60,323 nt of DNA from Basidiobolus ranarum (Eukaryota). The stretch covers positions 1 through 60,323 of the forward strand of contig JASJQH010006883.1 in NCBI GenBank assembly GCA_040143965.1. Direction: 5' to 3'. The position numbers and the translations under genes are program-made. Shown piece after piece: positions 1 through 13,099 of this stretch (position 1 is the first letter of the stretch; every line of letters begins with the position of its first letter). Below the pieces are notes generated by a model. It made no database searches. It saw only the letters and a program-made list of their open reading frames with translations, and was not told the DNA's origin.

Positions 1-1287
1 CAAATTTCTTAGTGAGCTTGTCAACGAAGTGCTTGACTTGGCCAATCTGCATGAAAATGACCTGGTACTCCAAAAACGACCAACAAGCTTAGAGGAACTA
101 CTTACCTCCATGCGCCATCTTACACCTTCAATGGAAAGAAATAAGTATCAGTTCACAACTATACTGGAGGGTACAAGTACGACGAAGCTGGTCTGTGATC
201 CCAGCGCCCTTCAGTTAGTTGTGCACCGGCTAGTGCACTTATTGTCGAATTCACACAATATTGACCTGTATGAAGATGCAAAGATTTGCTTGAAGATTAG
301 AGTAATCGAGGAGGACGAGAATAGCGCCACACTTGAGTATTTGATCGAATGTTCAAACAAAACTATCCCTTCACAATATCTAGCAATTGGCTTCAATCCA
401 TTAGCACAAGCGAATGGTTCTGTGGGAGGACAGTTTGGAATGAATGGAATCTCACTAACTCTAACTCAGATCATGATCATGAAGATGGGTGGCATGTTGA
501 TTTCAGCCTCGAGTCCGCAAATTGGAACTCGGTTTAGCTTTCAGTTGAAATTCCAAAAGCCAAAATTTGAGTTATCTAACCCTGTTGATAAAGACTCCAT
601 CAGTGTTATCATACCCATTCCTCGAGTGGAGGTCGAATCGAGCTCAGTAGAATCCCCTTTACAGCACACGTGCCTATCCAACAAGAATCATCAGAGAGTA
701 AGAATCGAGGGACATGACTTTAAGCATAAAAAGCAGTCGAAGAAAATCGAGTCATCGATGATAGCCATCGATTCCAACAGCTCATCGGCCCAGTATCGCG
801 GAAAAGTGATGTAAGTAGCTTTTGCAGGATGGGACCTTGTTGTCCAATTCGTGCATATACATAGTGAACCTACACTCACCTATCTATACCTTTCTTTTAT
901 AGTCTCGCCGAAGATAATCTCATCTGCCAGAAGTTAGCTGCCCGTTTGCTCACCAAAAATGGGTATACTGTGACTACGGCAAACAATGGCTTGGAGGCTG
1001 TGCAAGCAATGGAGAATTCACATGACTATGATATTGCCTTGTTGGACATTCACATGCCGATAATGGACGGGGTCGAAGCTGGCCGTACAATGCGTGATAA
1101 ACTAGGTTTTGAGGGACAAATCATTGCGCTCACTGCCAACACTACCTCAGAGTATCGCAAAGCATGTGTAGATGCAGGATTTGATGCTTTTGCGCCAAAA
1201 CCTATCAAAGAGAAAGATTTAATTAGTATTTTGAAGAGAGAAGATTTTAGGTCGAGAGGTCCACCTAGTGGCTTAGCTACTATGTAA
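1..1287 (+). CDS. Hybrid two-component histidine kinase, 3' part (end of HisKA, degenerate HATPase_c, C-terminal receiver); 5' end outside window
   Basis: Open frame from position 2 (KFLSELVNEVLDLANL, resembling the HisKA C-terminal helix). Intron 811-902 (gtaagt...ttatag) joins GKVI to LAEDNLICQK. Receiver motifs LAEDN, LLDIHMPIMDG, IIALTA and FAPKP are present; stop at 1285-1287. Confidence 0.9.
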
Positions 1288-2280
1288 AGCTAATGCATAT
1301 ACCCATCATACGCTAATATTTATTCTAGTTTATATAATAATTCTACATACAATATCAAAACCAATGTACATAATCATTGACATACTCTACGAGCCCAATT
1401 TTGAGTAGTAATCCTTTTAATTAAATGAATATATTGAGTCCGGTGTCATGTGACTTGTTTTCACAACATTGACTTGTACGTACACATTCATCACGGAATA
1501 GTTATAGTAAAATACTCTCTTCGAATATGCGTATATATTTCGAATAGTGCATATATCATGTTGAAATATTCACTGTTTTCATTCATGTTGGAAGAGCTCA
1601 AAGCACAGTAACGAGCAAATGGGTGATGTCACATATGCAACAGTGTTTAGTGTCAACACAAAGAGATTCGCGGTGTTTGATTGTATGGAATGCGCAACTT
1701 GCCACATTCCACCAAATTGAAACATCAGCCATGCAGGAGAAATAAATCGTAATTCATCCCACCGTTTTATATAAAACCGTGATGTCAGCGTGTGTGGAAG
1801 TGGTGCGAGAACTTCTGTTTTGGGTTACTCACCAACATCTAAAGGTCGTTTGAACGCTGTATCTCATTGCGATCTCATGGCGATCTCGCTTAGCATTAGT
1901 TATTTAACCTTGTTAACCATCAATTGTTTAGATCTTGTTTGGCATAAATTATTCAAGCTACATTTGCCATAATAAATTTGCCATAATAGTATAGAATTGT
2001 TGGCGTGATCACTTGGATTTTATTCTCTCTGGCTGAATGGTTAGAGAGGATAGTTGCTTGGTTGTGGATTTTAGCCAAGTTTTGGTTGCAGAGTTTGGAT
2101 ATTACTATGTTGATATTGCAAGCTCTACGTGTGCACCTGAATCAACCCAGCATTAAGATCTGAATTGGTCATCGAAAAGAGCGATCTGACTGCCACTTAT
2201 GATACAGTCAACGATCCAACATGCACGTCCCTCTTACGTCTATTTTTGTTGTTTTAGAAAAAGCTCAAATATTGGAATGC

Positions 2281-2361
2281 GCACTTGAACTAGCAATCGG
2301 ACCTACCTTTGTGCACTTAAACTAGCAATCGGACCTACCTTTGTGCACTTGAACTAGCAAT
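2281..2361. repeat. 32-bp tandem repeat, ~2.5 copies, upstream of the C2H2 TF
   Basis: gcacttgaactagcaatcggacctacctttgt at 2281-2312, a near-identical copy at 2313-2344 (1 mismatch), and a partial third copy at 2345-2361. Confidence 0.9.
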
Positions 2362-2672
2362 ACCTTTCAGTTCAATGGTTGAGATACCCCATTTCCACTT
2401 CCATCTCCATCTCCATTCCCATTTATAAAAATCAGCATTATCTATTGTTAATTAATTGGTGAGCCATACGTCGCTTGATCACCCTGCACTGATACATATT
2501 CACAGGTATATACTTGCTTTAAACTATGATACACTTACCCTGCTCTCCCGATATTCTGAATCCTTTTGAGGAGACGTGGATCAGATATGATCATTTTATT
2601 ATCCGACACTCTCTGAATTATATAAATAGCCTAATGATTGTCACCACAGAGACAATATTTTGATTAGGCAAG

Positions 2673-3221
2673 ATGGATATTGATTTACTCTTGAACCCAG
2701 ATACTGCCACTCCAATACTTCATATAAGAGAGGAATTACGTATGCGGAAAAGAGGTCACTATTGTTCATGGGATGGATGTGAAAAATCTTTTACAAGGAA
2801 ACCAGACCTGTTGCGGCATCAACGAATTCATACTGGAGAGCGTCCCTACAAATGCTCTTGGAAAGGATGTTCTAGAGAATTCATTCAACGCTCCACACTT
2901 ATCATTCACTACCGCTCACATACAGGCGAAAGGCCATACCATTGTGAGCATCTAGGCTGTAACCAATCTTTTGTAGATGTAAGTGCAGTTAAAGGATATG
3001 AACTTGAAAGACTTTATTAACACCAACGCTAGTCCTCTTCTTTGGTCAGACATAAACGCGTTCACACTGGACATAGACCTTATAAATGTCAATATTGCGA
3101 GAAAACGTTCACAAGAAGAACATCACTTACGAGACATATTCAAACGGGTCATCAAGAAATTTCAACTCTTTTCAGTCCGCGCGTCAAATCGTATAGCTCC
3201 TCATTTCCCTTCGAAAAATAG
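2673..3221 (+). CDS. Small C2H2 zinc-finger transcription factor (4 fingers, ~164 aa)
   Basis: Exons 2673-2978 and 3033-3221 (intron gtaagt...gctag). Fingers CSWDGC..HQRIH, CSWKGC..HYRSH, CEHLGC..HKRVH and CQYC..HIQTGH with TGERPY/TGHRPY linkers. Confidence 0.9.
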
Positions 3222-3627
3222 CCTAGAAGTAATTATAATCATAGAAAATCTTGGAATAGAGGTTGGATACATTTTTCTTAGTAGTATTTCGAATGAATTC
3301 CGAGATTCAGCTTTTAATAAATATGGCAATATTCACTGCAACTCTATCTCAGCGTTGTTTGCTTATTTTTCTTCGAGCAATTGCTATGCATTGTCTTAAG
3401 TTAATGGATCCTATTCAATCATTCGTTTCGGATTACACTGGTATTGCACTCCTTTATCAAATAGGGGAATGATAAAAATGGAATAAAACGAGATAAACAA
3501 TCCTGAAACCATCAGCTGAGGACAGTTGGTCAAACACGCAAGGTGCTACCTATGCGTTTGCTCTCGACATCAGTTCCTTCCTTAATAAGATTCATCCCTT
3601 ATTTAAAGTCAAATCCATTATAACCTC

Positions 3628-3752
3628 GATTCTAGTGCCGATGGTAGTCTTTCATTAGTTCTTTTGTGCCGATGACGATCATTCGTTACGGCGATTCCTT
3701 AGTGCCCATGGCGATCATTCGTTACGTCGATTCTATAGTGCCGATGACCATC
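3628..3752. repeat. Degenerate 36-bp CpG-rich tandem repeat (2 full and 2 partial units)
   Basis: gtgccgatgacgatcattcgttacggcgattcctta (3666-3701), gtgcccatggcgatcattcgttacgtcgattctata (3702-3737), with partial units at ~3628-3643 and 3738-3751. Confidence 0.8.
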
Positions 3753-4456
3753 GGGCCCATTCACTTGATCATCTCCTTTGGTTTTGCGATTGTATCTAAC
3801 CTTACCACTTAAGGAATTCTATTTTTGAGATGCAGCATAGAATCCGTGCAAATCGGTTTCAACAAGTAAATATGCAAGTGCCACATTGCTTACAAGATAC
3901 GGAAACACAATGGAATGAACTTGAAGGAATTACAAAATGCTACTCCTGCTCGCAGTATCAATATGACATCGGAATTTCGGTACAATGGTAACTAAAGGGT
4001 ATCTTCAATCTCTGGCTACGTGCGATAGGTTGAAGTACATTTGACACTATGTATCCTTATTTTGCATGCTCTTGTATCGTGTTATAATATGTATGATATA
4101 ATACCCTTTGCATATTGAACCATGGCCTACTTCTTTCAAATATCTCTGGAAGTATTAATATTGAATGTATTTTTAGGTACTTATATTTCAAGTATTTTTA
4201 GCTATTGCTTTCCTCTACAGATATTAACATTTAGATCTGATGAAGATAAACAGATATTTGAAAGTATACCTAAATATAGAACTAAGTTTAGCCTATCTAA
4301 ATAAGATACAAATTATCGAGTCACTCAGATGGAAGAAAAAAAAATTCATTTATTAGAACAAGATAATGTTCCAAAATATGATGGGCGATTTATCAGTTTT
4401 CAAGTGGATTGATTCTTTATCTGACCGCGCTTGTCAAAAGTCTCCCGTTAACAAGC

Positions 4457-5710
4457 ATGACTTCAACCTATTTCAAACCTGGCGTGTACGACATTAAGAT
4501 TGGTCATACCTTAGAAGAGGAGAAGAATACAGATGCATATTATGCCTTTAGATGTCAGTAAAATCGAGTCACTCAAGCCGCTGTTATTACATACTTATTT
4601 TTTTTCAAAATACTCAGATAATTTCAAACCCGATTCCATTGATTATGCCAAAGATGCAACCCTTTTGAAGGAATCTGATGGACAATTCTCTGTAGAGTTT
4701 CAAAGTCATCAGGTATTTTCAGTATTAGTTTTTTCAACTAAATTTCAAATTAACTCACTCGGTATATAGGACGGGGAAACTCACTCTTTTAAAGGAACTC
4801 AAACTCCCTCCAAAGAAGTAGATTGTTTACTTATTTACGATGAAGAAACGGGGGTATAGTTTATTTTGAATCGGATTTGGTTTTTTTTGGTTTTTCTCTA
4901 AACTTTCGAATATAGACTTTTACACTTGAACGCCAAACAGCTACATTTACTATGAAAAATGTTCGTCGGTCGAAAACAACCGAGATGGATGTCGATCCTA
5001 CCCCTTCTTTGGTTTTACCAACCTCAAGTGGTCCAAAATCTCCCATTTCTGGCATTACACCAACCTCTGAGAAAGACGATGAGGACGAAATGGATTTAGA
5101 TCTTGACATGATGCTTGAAGAAGAAATTGATAAAGCCTTAGATGCTGAGCTTGGTGAGTTGGACGGGGATGATGAAAAGTCAGGTGACGAGTTTGAGGAA
5201 GTCGATATACCTGAGATAAAAGCACCTCCATCGGAGCCTTACCCACGCACACCAAGTCCTGCTCGCTCACTTTCACGCTCACCTGTAGCACGAACTGAAA
5301 AGAGCAAGAAGGAAGGCAATCGTGGATCGGTTAGCTCATCATCCTTCTCATCCTCTGGTTCTGGCTCTAGCTCCTCCGGTTCTGAATCTGACTCCGGCTC
5401 AAGTTCTTCGGGATCAAGCTCTAGTTCGGGCTCTAGCTCAGGCTCAGACTCTGATAATTTCTCAGACTTGGAAAAAGATATTGAATCTGGAGTTAACTCT
5501 GGCTCCAAAAGGAAGAAGTCGGCACCCGAGGAACCCAAGGTAATATTTTATTTCAAGGGTCATTTGTATCATTCACTCCCTAATCACATATACATTGTAC
5601 ATTAGGCACATTCCGGACCAATTTCATTAAGTGCCCTCCTAGGGGATGATGATGATGATAATGGCAATGAAAGAGATGAGACAGGAATCACTTCAAGTGA
5701 TGAGGATTAG
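4457..5710 (+). CDS. EAF1: ELL-associated factor (EAF domain) protein with Ser/acidic low-complexity tail
   Basis: Spliced frame MTSTYFKPGVYDIKIG...YYAFR|YNFKPDSID...SHQ|DGETHSFKG...VDCLLIYDEETG|TFTLER matches the EAF family pattern (RYxFKPxSID...CxLIxD..TGxFxLER). Introns ~4554-4617, 4713-4769, 4854-4915 and 5540-5605; stop at 5708-5710. Confidence 0.8.
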
Positions 5711-6112
5711 TCAACGTCTAATTCGTCCGTACATGTATTTTCTCTTTTATGTCCAAAAGTAACTTGACGATAGTAATACGATTTTTGAATACTGATTCAA
5801 TACCTAATCAAAGCAATATATTCAAGTATTGGATATGCTAGTATGAATTGCCTCATTGGAGATAATTATTAAGACTATAGATTATTGTTCGCCCTTTTCA
5901 CATTTTATCTTCTCATATGTACATTAATAATTTTATTAAACTTCTCGAATATCAACTTAATTCTAATGTGCAATGGAGTATCAGAGTTAGTTTATTGTTG
6001 AATGTTTACAAGAGATCCGAAGCAGTAGGATGTTCAAAAATTGGATTTATAGTACGAGTCTATTTACATGAGGATTATATACATCTTTGTAGGTCTCTGA
6101 AGACGTGGATTG

Positions 6113-7224
6113 TTAAACAGATATTGATCTAAGAATAGATTTCTCCGCTTCAACATTATAAGGAGGTAATTGGAGTAGGGGCAGGTCAAGAGTTGAAGGA
6201 GCAAGGTCTGTTAAAGAGTATGGAGGTAGTGATTGAATTACATCTTTCGAATTTGACGATAGTATCAAGAGAGGCATCTCCAATGCAACCACTTGAGTTC
6301 CAAATTGGGGATCCTTCAATTTTACTTTGAAAAGCAATATATGCTCGACATCAAATCCTCTGGTCCTGCAACTTATGTGAACACGTCGAGAAGGAATACA
6401 TACATTCAGAGCGTAAGGTTGGGAGTCTTGCCAAGCTTTTGGAGGGATTTTACTTAGCTTAATCCAAGAATCTTCCACATGAACTGCACTAGCTGTTGGT
6501 ACGTGATTTGTTACAATCTCTCTGATATAACATCCAACTTTAATTACACTAGTGGTACGACAAACTGGGGAGAGTTGAATTCCAACTGGTATAATCTCAT
6601 CAAGCCCTACTACTTTGCTAGATAGATCAACTTGATAACGTAAAATATTATTCCAAACAGATGAGATGTGGCTAGTTTGATCGAATTCAGAGTTGAAAAG
6701 ATGAGGATAACGGCGAACCTCGACCTCCTTCCGGATTACCACATTTGGCCGCAGAAAACCGCGATGCAGAGTTGCTTCCAATTTATATTCGACCCCACCT
6801 CCGTTCAAATGAATAGTTTCTGGCAAAAACCCATTAAACACGTATTCAAAGTCGAAGCTATGTATACCAGCTGACAATGTGTGACTTTGGCGTTCAGCCT
6901 TTACCAGTTGCCAAGTTTCATTAATCAAGATAGTATTCGTAAATTGTAAAATTGGCTGGTTTCCTCGAACTAGAAGAAATAATACCATGGTTAGTGATTA
7001 GATATCGGGTTTCTAGAATACTGATGTGAGCACTTACTCTCATTCCATTTTTGATGGGAAACTCCTTGTAGTTGTAAATTCAATGCTATAAAACTTGTGG
7101 TTTCTTTCAAGTCCAATACTACACATCCCTTCAGTAAGGCTCCCACTGACTCTGTAGGTGGACCATTGAAGGCTAGGACATCTCTTTCCAGTAATAACTT
7201 GAGCGACAGTTTTTTCTTGATCAT
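6113..7224 (-). CDS. Alpha-arrestin (arrestin N/C domains, PPxY motifs)
   Basis: ATG at 7224 (MIKKKLSLKL...LLKGCVVLDLKE), intron 7037-6970, then GIHSFDFEYVFNGFLPETIHLNGGGVEYKLEA (arrestin-N pattern). Two C-terminal LPPY motifs of the Rsp5/Nedd4 WW-ligand type. Confidence 0.85.
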
Positions 7225-8118
7225 CTCTGAAGGGCGGAATAAAGTTTTATTCGGTAGGTTGGTGTCTATATATATATGTGTGTGAGCCCATTTGCAATCA
7301 AATATTTTGGTGGGAACTGTGTGTACGGTTTGAAAATGATTTCTATTGGCAGCACAATTCACTCATTCCCCTAATTCCTGTACTTCCCAAATGTGGAAAT
7401 TTCGTGTGTGATGAGTGATTTTTGCCTCAGTGACCAATAGTAACTACTTACAGTTCATCGATATATGTATATATGTAATGATTTAAGCTATCATCTTGAT
7501 AATGATATAATCTGGATTTAGCTTGCTACGATGATACTTACTTTCCATTGGCTAGAGTGTAATTAAGGAGCGTTTCATTTTACTAACTTTGCATTTAATC
7601 ACCCTTAATCATTTTTAATCATATACCGCTTGATTCAATCTCACCACTAGTCTTGAATTTAATCAACAGCACTATCTGTCTTGTAAGAAAAGAGCCATCT
7701 ATTTCATTGAAAGTCTCATACATAATAATTGACCTGTACTTATGGAATTACCATAACTCGACACTAGCACCCACTTTGACAACCATCATACTTTTTCACT
7801 CTTGATTTGTCTTTAATGGATGTTGCGATTCCTTCAGATTTAGTGATCTTTGATGGCTTAGGCAATACTCTCTGTAGTTCTATTGTAAGTAGTGAAGTAT
7901 CATTATCACTCAATTAGCACTCCACAAGTTTCATTGTTAATATCGATTTCCATCAGAATAATATTAGGCTATATCAGATCTAAATTTCATAAGTCACGTT
8001 TGACACATTTAACAGCTATTTGCTGAATATATCACAAATCAGACCGGTAACATAAATTCGTCAGATTTCTCCACAGAGGGAAAAGAAAACTTTCAAAGCA
8101 CCTAATAGATAGTACCCT

Positions 8119-8520
8119 TGTTGAAATTAGCATTTCCCAAGCACCTATATAGTCATATATAGCTTAGTACTTGGTTATCTTATATTGAACTAAGATATTA
8201 CCCATTATTCTCATGAGGAATTTACTTAGTTCTCAGAAATATAGATTTTTCAGACTTGTGCTAGAAGCCCCAAACTTTGCACACATGTTCCTGGGACCTT
8301 CCTAAACACATTCTACACATGAGTTTGCTTACATCTCGACAAAAGTATAAATGTCAACTTTCAACTCAATAAATCAATAAGTGAAAACCACCAATTTCTC
8401 TAATTCTCCAAACTACTTCCATCAGGCTCCCAAAAATACTTTAACAATCAGTAGGCTATATGAATATCCACGCTTATATTTGCCATTGTTAGCTAACGCA
8501 TATTTTCAAAACGTTAGATG
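8119..8520 (+). repeat. Repeat copy A: ~328-bp TGTT...AACA unit (8119-8446) plus ~70-bp inner extension shared with copy B
   Basis: Aligns by eye along its whole length with 14218-14562 (direct) and with 13504-13806 and 14667-14993 (inverted), e.g. cttgtgctagaagccccaaactttgc and ccaccaatttctctaattctccaaac. Confidence 0.9.
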
Positions 8521-10446
8521 CATTCCATTTGGCCAGAGGTTATTCGACCTTAGTTCAAGATACCGTATGTGCAATATGATCTAGCATTATGAATGGGAAA
8601 AAGTCCACTATTAAGTTTCTACATCTGCAAATTCTTGCAAAAACATAATTGGCTTGACTAGGTAGTTTTCGGGTGTCATTCTTCCTTATATTATGAGAAA
8701 GCCATTGATAATACTTTTTAAATAAAAGAGAGATCTAGAGATTGACAGCAATTGTCATTACATAAAGCTGAATCATTCAGTGAGATATTGCCATTTGAAA
8801 TACGCTAGCAAAAAAGAGAGTCAGTTGAGTGTATATTGATTTTAGGAGAGATGCATAGCATAATGGTACAATTGTATGCCGACCAATTTGTTGTTGTAAA
8901 CCATTCATACTCTGTGTCTAATAAAGATGCATGGTATCTATGGTAACAGAGCATTTAGGAGCTATATATAGGGCATCAATTTGTTACAAAGACAATAGTT
9001 CTTTGCACATATGGGAATCGATTGCTTATTTAGAAAGGTTCTCCCAAATTGAAGACTGAAAAATATAGCATAAATATTTAAGATCATCTATCTGTCACTG
9101 TATACTATTATCATCCATTGGAAAAAGGCATAGAACAATCAACTGGTCATATTTTCTGAATATTTTCTCACGCTTTAGTTGCAAAATTCTCTCTTCTACC
9201 TGCTTGCATATCCTGACACATATTCTTACAGCACTATATCAAACAGTGAATACTATATCATGCAATGCTTTGAACTTAAACAACAGTCATAAAAGCGAGA
9301 ATCAACTTGATGGAATCATGGCAAAATCTTGAATACTGATTTTATTCATTTACCTTGGGTGCATTAAAGTGTTTTTGCTCATTAGCTAAATATGCACCAC
9401 TAATTCACAGTTCATACCAATAAATAAAGATTAGTCTGTTAAGTAGGATCCGTTGACTGCATTCCCATGCTTACGAAAACTAATCTTATTTCTGGTGACA
9501 ATAGCTGTAAGATCACTATTATATAAGATTTTGAATAGTGGTGAGAGCCGGACCTTTTCAGCCTTTTATGTCCAAGCAGTACAAGCGATTAAGGGTGATA
9601 GTCAGGGTTGGAGTATTCGACCGTAAAAGTGATTAACCACGAGTTTATCGTCACAAGCCTACATTTCAAGCAGATATCATACATATAAGTCGTTGTTTAA
9701 AATGTTACAACATAAAACGCTTCGTAACACAACCTATCGGATTGAGAAATGAGTTGATAAAATATCAATTTCGATGGAGCTTTATCCGAGCTTAACTCTA
9801 CTTCAAGAGGAGACTCAATACAAGGAAATACTTATAACCGGCAGCTGAATTGACAATGGGGAATTTTGAATTGTTGAGGAGTGCATCACTTTGATGTGCA
9901 CCTAAATGTACACTATTTTGACCATCAAGTATGGCTTTTATGTGGATGCAGTGAGCATAGAACATAGGTTTTATGTGTGGGTTGCACTATATTGCGATCA
10001 CTGAATTTCCATACGGACATATATCAGCGCACTTTTTGGATTCAGTGCCTCGAGGTTACATAGAAGGGGCTAGAAATCATGGCCACAAATTATCGCTGGA
10101 AGGTTCAATCATATAGTAGTAACCATGTATGTTTTAGATGTTGGAGGATTGTGAATGCTATATCTAGATACTTAACACGTGGACTGCTATGTTCGTGAAT
10201 CTATGATTGAGCTTCGCGATAGTTTCCGGAGGTTTATCTATCCTAATTGAACCATAATTGAGATGAAATTCTCACACTACGGTAATTAGGCAAAGCAGCC
10301 ATCTCCGCCCCTATTTTTTCTTTAATAATGACGGGTATTCGTGACGTTTAATCAAGTTTATATAACTTACATCAGCTCTCTATCATAACCCATAACCAAT
10401 GGCCCAGAATCCTTATCTTCTTATCAGAAGACATCTTATATTGCAG

Positions 10447-10489
10447 AATAACCGTCCTATTCATAATAACCGTCCTATTCATAATGACC
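10447..10489. repeat. 18-bp tandem duplication
   Basis: aataaccgtcctattcat twice, followed by a partial aatgacc. Confidence 0.85.
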
Positions 10490-11199
10490 TTCATACACTC
10501 TTTTCAAAAGTATTTTCGGAGATTATATTTTAGTGGAAATTTGATGTGGTGTTGATTGCCCGCCTCCAAAAGCATAAATTGACAACAACTCATTAATATT
10601 ATGGCCATGTATGGAAATCATGTTTTGGCTGCATATCCATATGAAAGGAACCATTTACAGAAGAGTAAAGTTAATACATTGAAGCTCAATTAGCTGATTT
10701 TTAAGCCAGAGGAAACTAAAGCCTAATTGTCCAATCTCATAAATCCTGAAACTTATATAGAGACTGGATTCAAGAGTTGTGCATAAATACTGGTTATCGC
10801 ATTCAACCCAGTGAATATATATAGAAATATACTAGCGACTTGCTATTTGTTGCAAAGGATCAAACGGAGTCCTAAACTTACCGTCTGAATGGTCACTTGA
10901 TGCCTTCGATCAAGGAATTAAGTTGAACGATTCTAGTTAGCGGCAATCAGCTTAGATCAGATATATTAAATCCGACCATTTACCACCTATCGATATGATC
11001 AGATTCACTAGGTCAGTGATACTTCAATCATTTAAATACCGGAGGTAGAGCGCACTTGAGTTGTAGTTTTCTTTCGTCTATTGCATCTCACACCATCATT
11101 TCCTCCTTTTTCTTTATCAAGCGTACTTGTGCTTAAACACATCTTGCATTATCTTCATTCCTGTACTATACCAGAAATTCAACAACTTCTCCTGACAAA

Positions 11200-11761
11200 A
11201 TGTCCAACTCCATTGCTCGCGCTCAGCACAATGCCAGCTACAAACCTCTCCCTCACACATTGATAAGTAAGATTATGATTCTAAATCACGTCTCAAGGTA
11301 TAGAGCTGGATGCTAACTTATTCCGTTTAGATTTCACAGCTGAGTCTATGTGTAGCCTATTAAATTGCAAGAACCGACCATTAGTCAACATGTCCTTACC
11401 TGAACTCTTATTATTTATCGAACGCCTCACAGAGAGATCTAGAATCAATGCCATAACAGGAGTAGTCGCGCTAATTTATGTATATCGCTTAAAGGCGAAG
11501 CTCCCAGCTAGAGCTCAGGGGGAATATGGAACCTCTCATCGAATCTTCCTATCAAGTCTTTTGGTTGCATCCAAATATTTATACGGCAACGAGAGTCTAA
11601 ATAATCGCGACATGGCCGAAGTCTCTGGTGTATTTACCACAGCTCAAGTGAATCTTATGGAGAAAGAGTTTCTTGGATTATTGGATTATCAGGTGTGGGT
11701 CAATGATAAGGAAATCAGCGATTTTCTTGAAGAGCATAAAGCAGAGCTTTGCTTTTTTTAG
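11200..11761 (+). CDS. Pho85-type (Pcl1/Pcl2-like) cyclin, ~165 aa
   Basis: Exons 11200-11266 and 11331-11761 (gtaaga...gctaac...tttag). Cyclin box LPELLLFIERL...ALIYVYRLKAKLP..AQGEYGTSHRIFLSSLLVASKYL...VNLMEKEFLGLLDY is typical of the Pcl1/2 subfamily. Confidence 0.88.
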
Positions 11762-13099
11762 TAAACACTTGGAATTCCCGAGTAAGCGGGGTTCACTAAA
11801 AGCACTTCACATTCCCAACATCTCCACTCCCTCAAGTCATTACCATAGTATGTTACTTTGCCAATAGTTTTACGCATTTGTCAGGTTCGATTGCCATGTA
11901 GATATTCTTGTATATAGTTAATATAATCTATTAGTATTATAAACAATGGTCTTATTAGTTTCATCCTTGCTGCATACTGTACATAGAGTTAAATCTTGGA
12001 TTGAGAGATCAATTTTTGCCTAGAAACAGATTTTTATAAACGAATGATAGGATTGAAAGACGACTGAGTGAATATGTGAACTGAGCATTAGTAACGCGTC
12101 TAGGCTATGAATGTATCGCGAATGAGTTATCGTGGAATCATTGATATTGCTTATCTTAATGAACACCAATGCTAGATTTTCCAAGTAAAATCCGGTAAAA
12201 TGTGGTAAATACGACGTCAAGCTACCATTAAATTAAACAGCTTATTCATTACAGAGTGAGTCCAACTTGATTGAAGCATGAAAACTAACTCTCTTCATTA
12301 CTTAGGCGGTGTAACTAGTTTCGGGTTGCGCGATATATGGAATTTCAAGTAAGTCATGGAGTATTATCCCAGTTCAAAAGTGAATTCGTAGATATCAGTG
12401 AGCTTTTCAGAAAACTGGTCTGAGAACTAGTTGCAATACGAAATCAATATCACTATACCTTTTCAAGTTGATCGTTACATATGACTAGGGAACTTCACGT
12501 GTTGCCTTATCACGATATCCACTATCATCTGATAAACATGCGCATATGTAGAATAATGAACATAACTTTAGCCCCGATCTCCTCCGTATTGTGGGAGTCC
12601 GAAGTAATTATCACTTTTAGTACGGGGAGCGGTTGATCTACCCAGCACAAAAGCAATCAAAGTCACACCCGTAGTTTATAATATTCAGCTGATTGCCTTT
12701 GACCCGACTAGTATCTATTCCGATCGGACTAGATTAGTATTGGTTCAACTAGGCTATCTAGTATATCTTGAATTAGCCGTAGACATTTGCAGAACTGCTG
12801 ATCTTTTGTATCTCCATCCTCAATAGAAATCCCATAGAAGGTGCCAGCTATACATTATCCTAACTCTACGTAGTCACCAAGGGGCTGACAACATGCATGT
12901 AACCTTTGAATCCAATAGATACTACTTGCATTAATCTGATCAAGACAGCTAAGCGTGATCTATTTATAAAGATATTACCTCTCTCTTAAGCTCATTCAGA
13001 TGGGATTGCATTCAAATATTTTCTTAGTATGTTAAGGTTGACGTTGAGGGTATTACCAGGAAATTACAGAGAGTTTTGTGGAGCGGATTAACTCGACAT

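Noticed and set aside
2281-3752. Short repeats as possible CRISPR arrays
   Set aside because: The units are contiguous tandem copies without unique spacers, the context is eukaryotic, and there are no cas genes.
7700-9330. Possible decayed transposase or pseudogene either side of repeat A
   Set aside because: Only short, stop-interrupted frames; no recognisable domain by eye.
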